Source of the DNA: an uncultured Bacilli bacterium
GTDB lineage: Bacteria; Bacillota_I; Bacilli_A; RF39; UBA660
NCBI GenBank assembly: GCA_947853245.1
Contig: CANTWP010000107.1
Span: 1 to 32,816, forward strand
Direction: 5' to 3'
DNA length: 32,816 nucleotides
The notes below the pieces were generated by a model. It was not told where the DNA came from and did not search any database. It saw only the letters and a list, made by a program, of their open reading frames with translations. This document shows, one piece after another, positions 32,034 to 32,816 of the stretch (the first letter of the stretch is position 1; each line of letters opens with the position of its first letter). Both the position numbers and the translations under genes were made by a program.

Positions 32034-32586
32034 TTAACCATCTCCTTAAACTTCTAAATATTTCTATATTACCATTATAACTTTTAGGGGATATAGGTGA
32101 AGGATGATATATAGGAATGACTGTAATATTATTTATGATAAATTGTTTGCCTACCACATCACTAAACTTTTTATATTGAATATTTAATATAGTTTTGGTA
32201 GCAGAATCTCCTAAAGATAATAAAATTTGTGGCTTTATTATTTCTAATTGTTTCAATAAATACATTTGACAATTTTTACTACAAGTATTTAAATACTTTC
32301 TATCTTTTGGGAAACATTTGATCGCTTCTAAGAAATATGTTTCATTCAATTTAATGTCTAACTCATTTAATAATTTTTGTAATACTACACCTGATGGTAA
32401 TAATTTATGATTTGTATCATACCATGCCACTCCACTTTTGCGCCAGCCGTTATTAGCAGGTGCTTCTCCTAAAATAGCAATTTTATTATTTTGCCCTATT
32501 GAAACGGTTTTACTATTAGGAAAATGTTCTACCATATCACTGCATAAATTACATTCGTTTATCTTTTGATCAATTTCTTCTAACAT
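32020..32586 (-). CDS. Uracil-DNA glycosylase superfamily protein, family 4/5-like, with putative 4Fe-4S ligands
   Basis: 188 aa. Motif A reads ILGEAPANNGW and motif B reads IYHPSPISP. Cysteines at C12, C15, C91 and C102/C106 are spaced like the Fe-S ligands of family 4 UDGs. Confidence 0.8.
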   Translation of the reverse strand: MLEEIDQKINECNLCSDMVEHFPNSKTVSIGQNNKIAILGEAPANNGWRKSGVAWYDTNHKLLPSGVVLQKLLNELDIKLNETYFLEAIKCFPKDRKYLNTCSKNCQMYLLKQLEIIKPQILLSLGDSATKTILNIQYKKFSDVVGKQFIINNITVIPIYHPSPISPKSYNGNIEIFRSLRRWLNENN

Positions 32587-32608
32587 AATTTATCTCCTTA
32601 TATAAAAT

Positions 32609-32617
32609 ATTATAACA
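32609..32617 (-). promoter_or_regulatory. Extended -10 element (TGTTATAAT) upstream of the UDG-family gene
   Basis: Reverse complement of ATTATAACA at 32609-32617, about 25 nt upstream of the ATG. Confidence 0.4.
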
Positions 32618-32672
32618 CGTATAATGTTGAACATAAAGATTTCAAGTTTAAAATTTGGATTTCTTTATGTTT

Positions 32673-32689
32673 TTTGTTATTATAACAAA
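32673..32689. promoter_or_regulatory. Perfect 17-bp palindrome TTTGTTAT-T-ATAACAAA, a possible operator or pair of back-to-back -10 elements
   Basis: This can be read directly in the sequence. The minus-strand reading contains TGTTATAAT and the plus-strand reading contains TGTTATTAT. Confidence 0.3.
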
Positions 32690-32816
32690 CATCGGTAAAG
32701 ACGGATTATAACAGGCACTTCGAGTGCGTTAAAATGAATGTCTGCCATATAGTTATTTATAAATTCGGTTGTAGATAATGGAAACTAATAATAAATTAGA
32801 GTTCGGATAATTAAGC

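Noticed and set aside
32630-32675. A 10-bp-stem hairpin (AACATAAAGA / TCTTTATGTT) followed by a T run, resembling a plus-strand terminator.
   Set aside because: No plus-strand gene or convincing promoter lies upstream for it to terminate. The 22-nt loop is large. On the minus strand it has no T run.
25736-32713. The 9-mer ATTATAACA recurs on the plus strand at 25736, 29957, 31498, 32609, 32679 and 32705. At first it looked like a dispersed repeat family or a shared regulator site.
   Set aside because: Its reverse complement is TGTTATAAT, the extended -10 consensus (TGnTATAAT). Every copy lies just upstream of a minus-strand gene start. These are ordinary promoters, not a new repeat.
32725-32816. 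A GTGCG pentamer at about 32726 that could mark a group II intron 5' end.
   Set aside because: A 5-mer is not evidence. No domain I features are recognisable in the ~90 nt that remain, and the rest lies outside the window.
1-32816. An alternative genetic code (TGA read as Trp, Mollicutes-like), given the very low GC content. I also checked for CRISPR arrays, rRNA and tRNA genes.
   Set aside because: TGA clearly terminates sufD (TGG AGG TGA at 26967-26969, inside the sufS RBS), and long genes are intact under the standard code. I saw no direct-repeat/spacer architecture and no rRNA-like or tRNA-like sequences anywhere in the window.

Overview
This is a very AT-rich chromosomal segment (roughly three-quarters A+T by eye). 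It looks like a low-GC endospore-forming Bacillota, possibly Erysipelotrichia-like, but that placement is only an inference. The standard bacterial code applies: TGA is used as a stop, for example at the end of sufD. About 35 protein genes are present and almost all lie on the minus strand in tightly packed, often translationally coupled operons.

From left to right the window contains:
- a partial LtaS-family LTA synthase that runs off the left edge and is missing from the ORF track;
- a YihY-family membrane protein;
- a membrane receptor with a degenerate GGDEF domain (NGNEF);
- a trmB, lipoprotein, acidic protein, DUF948 and YtxH operon;
- a Met/Pro/Asn-rich repeat protein;
- a PlsC-like, acyl-AMP ligase, PlsC-like operon;
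- a lemA, DUF2207, prepilin-like operon;
- sspI, dnaE and rpmB;
- a short dcw cluster (mraZ-rsmH-ftsL-pbp2B) with a clear four-repeat GTGG operator;
- an internally deleted IS3-family remnant with both inverted repeats;
- a second, divergent MraZ paralogue;
- an RNase J with a degenerate metal motif;
- sufC, a short sufD and sufS;
- a HIT protein;
- an uncharacterised amidoligase-centred three-gene module, followed by a GNAT gene and an Fe-S-type UDG-family gene.

I found no rRNA, tRNA or CRISPR array. The best candidate for something undescribed is the amidoligase module at 29094-31472. The MraZ paralogue/IS/operator region and the lemA-DUF2207-pilin operon come next. All functional calls rest on motif recognition by eye, because no searches could be run.
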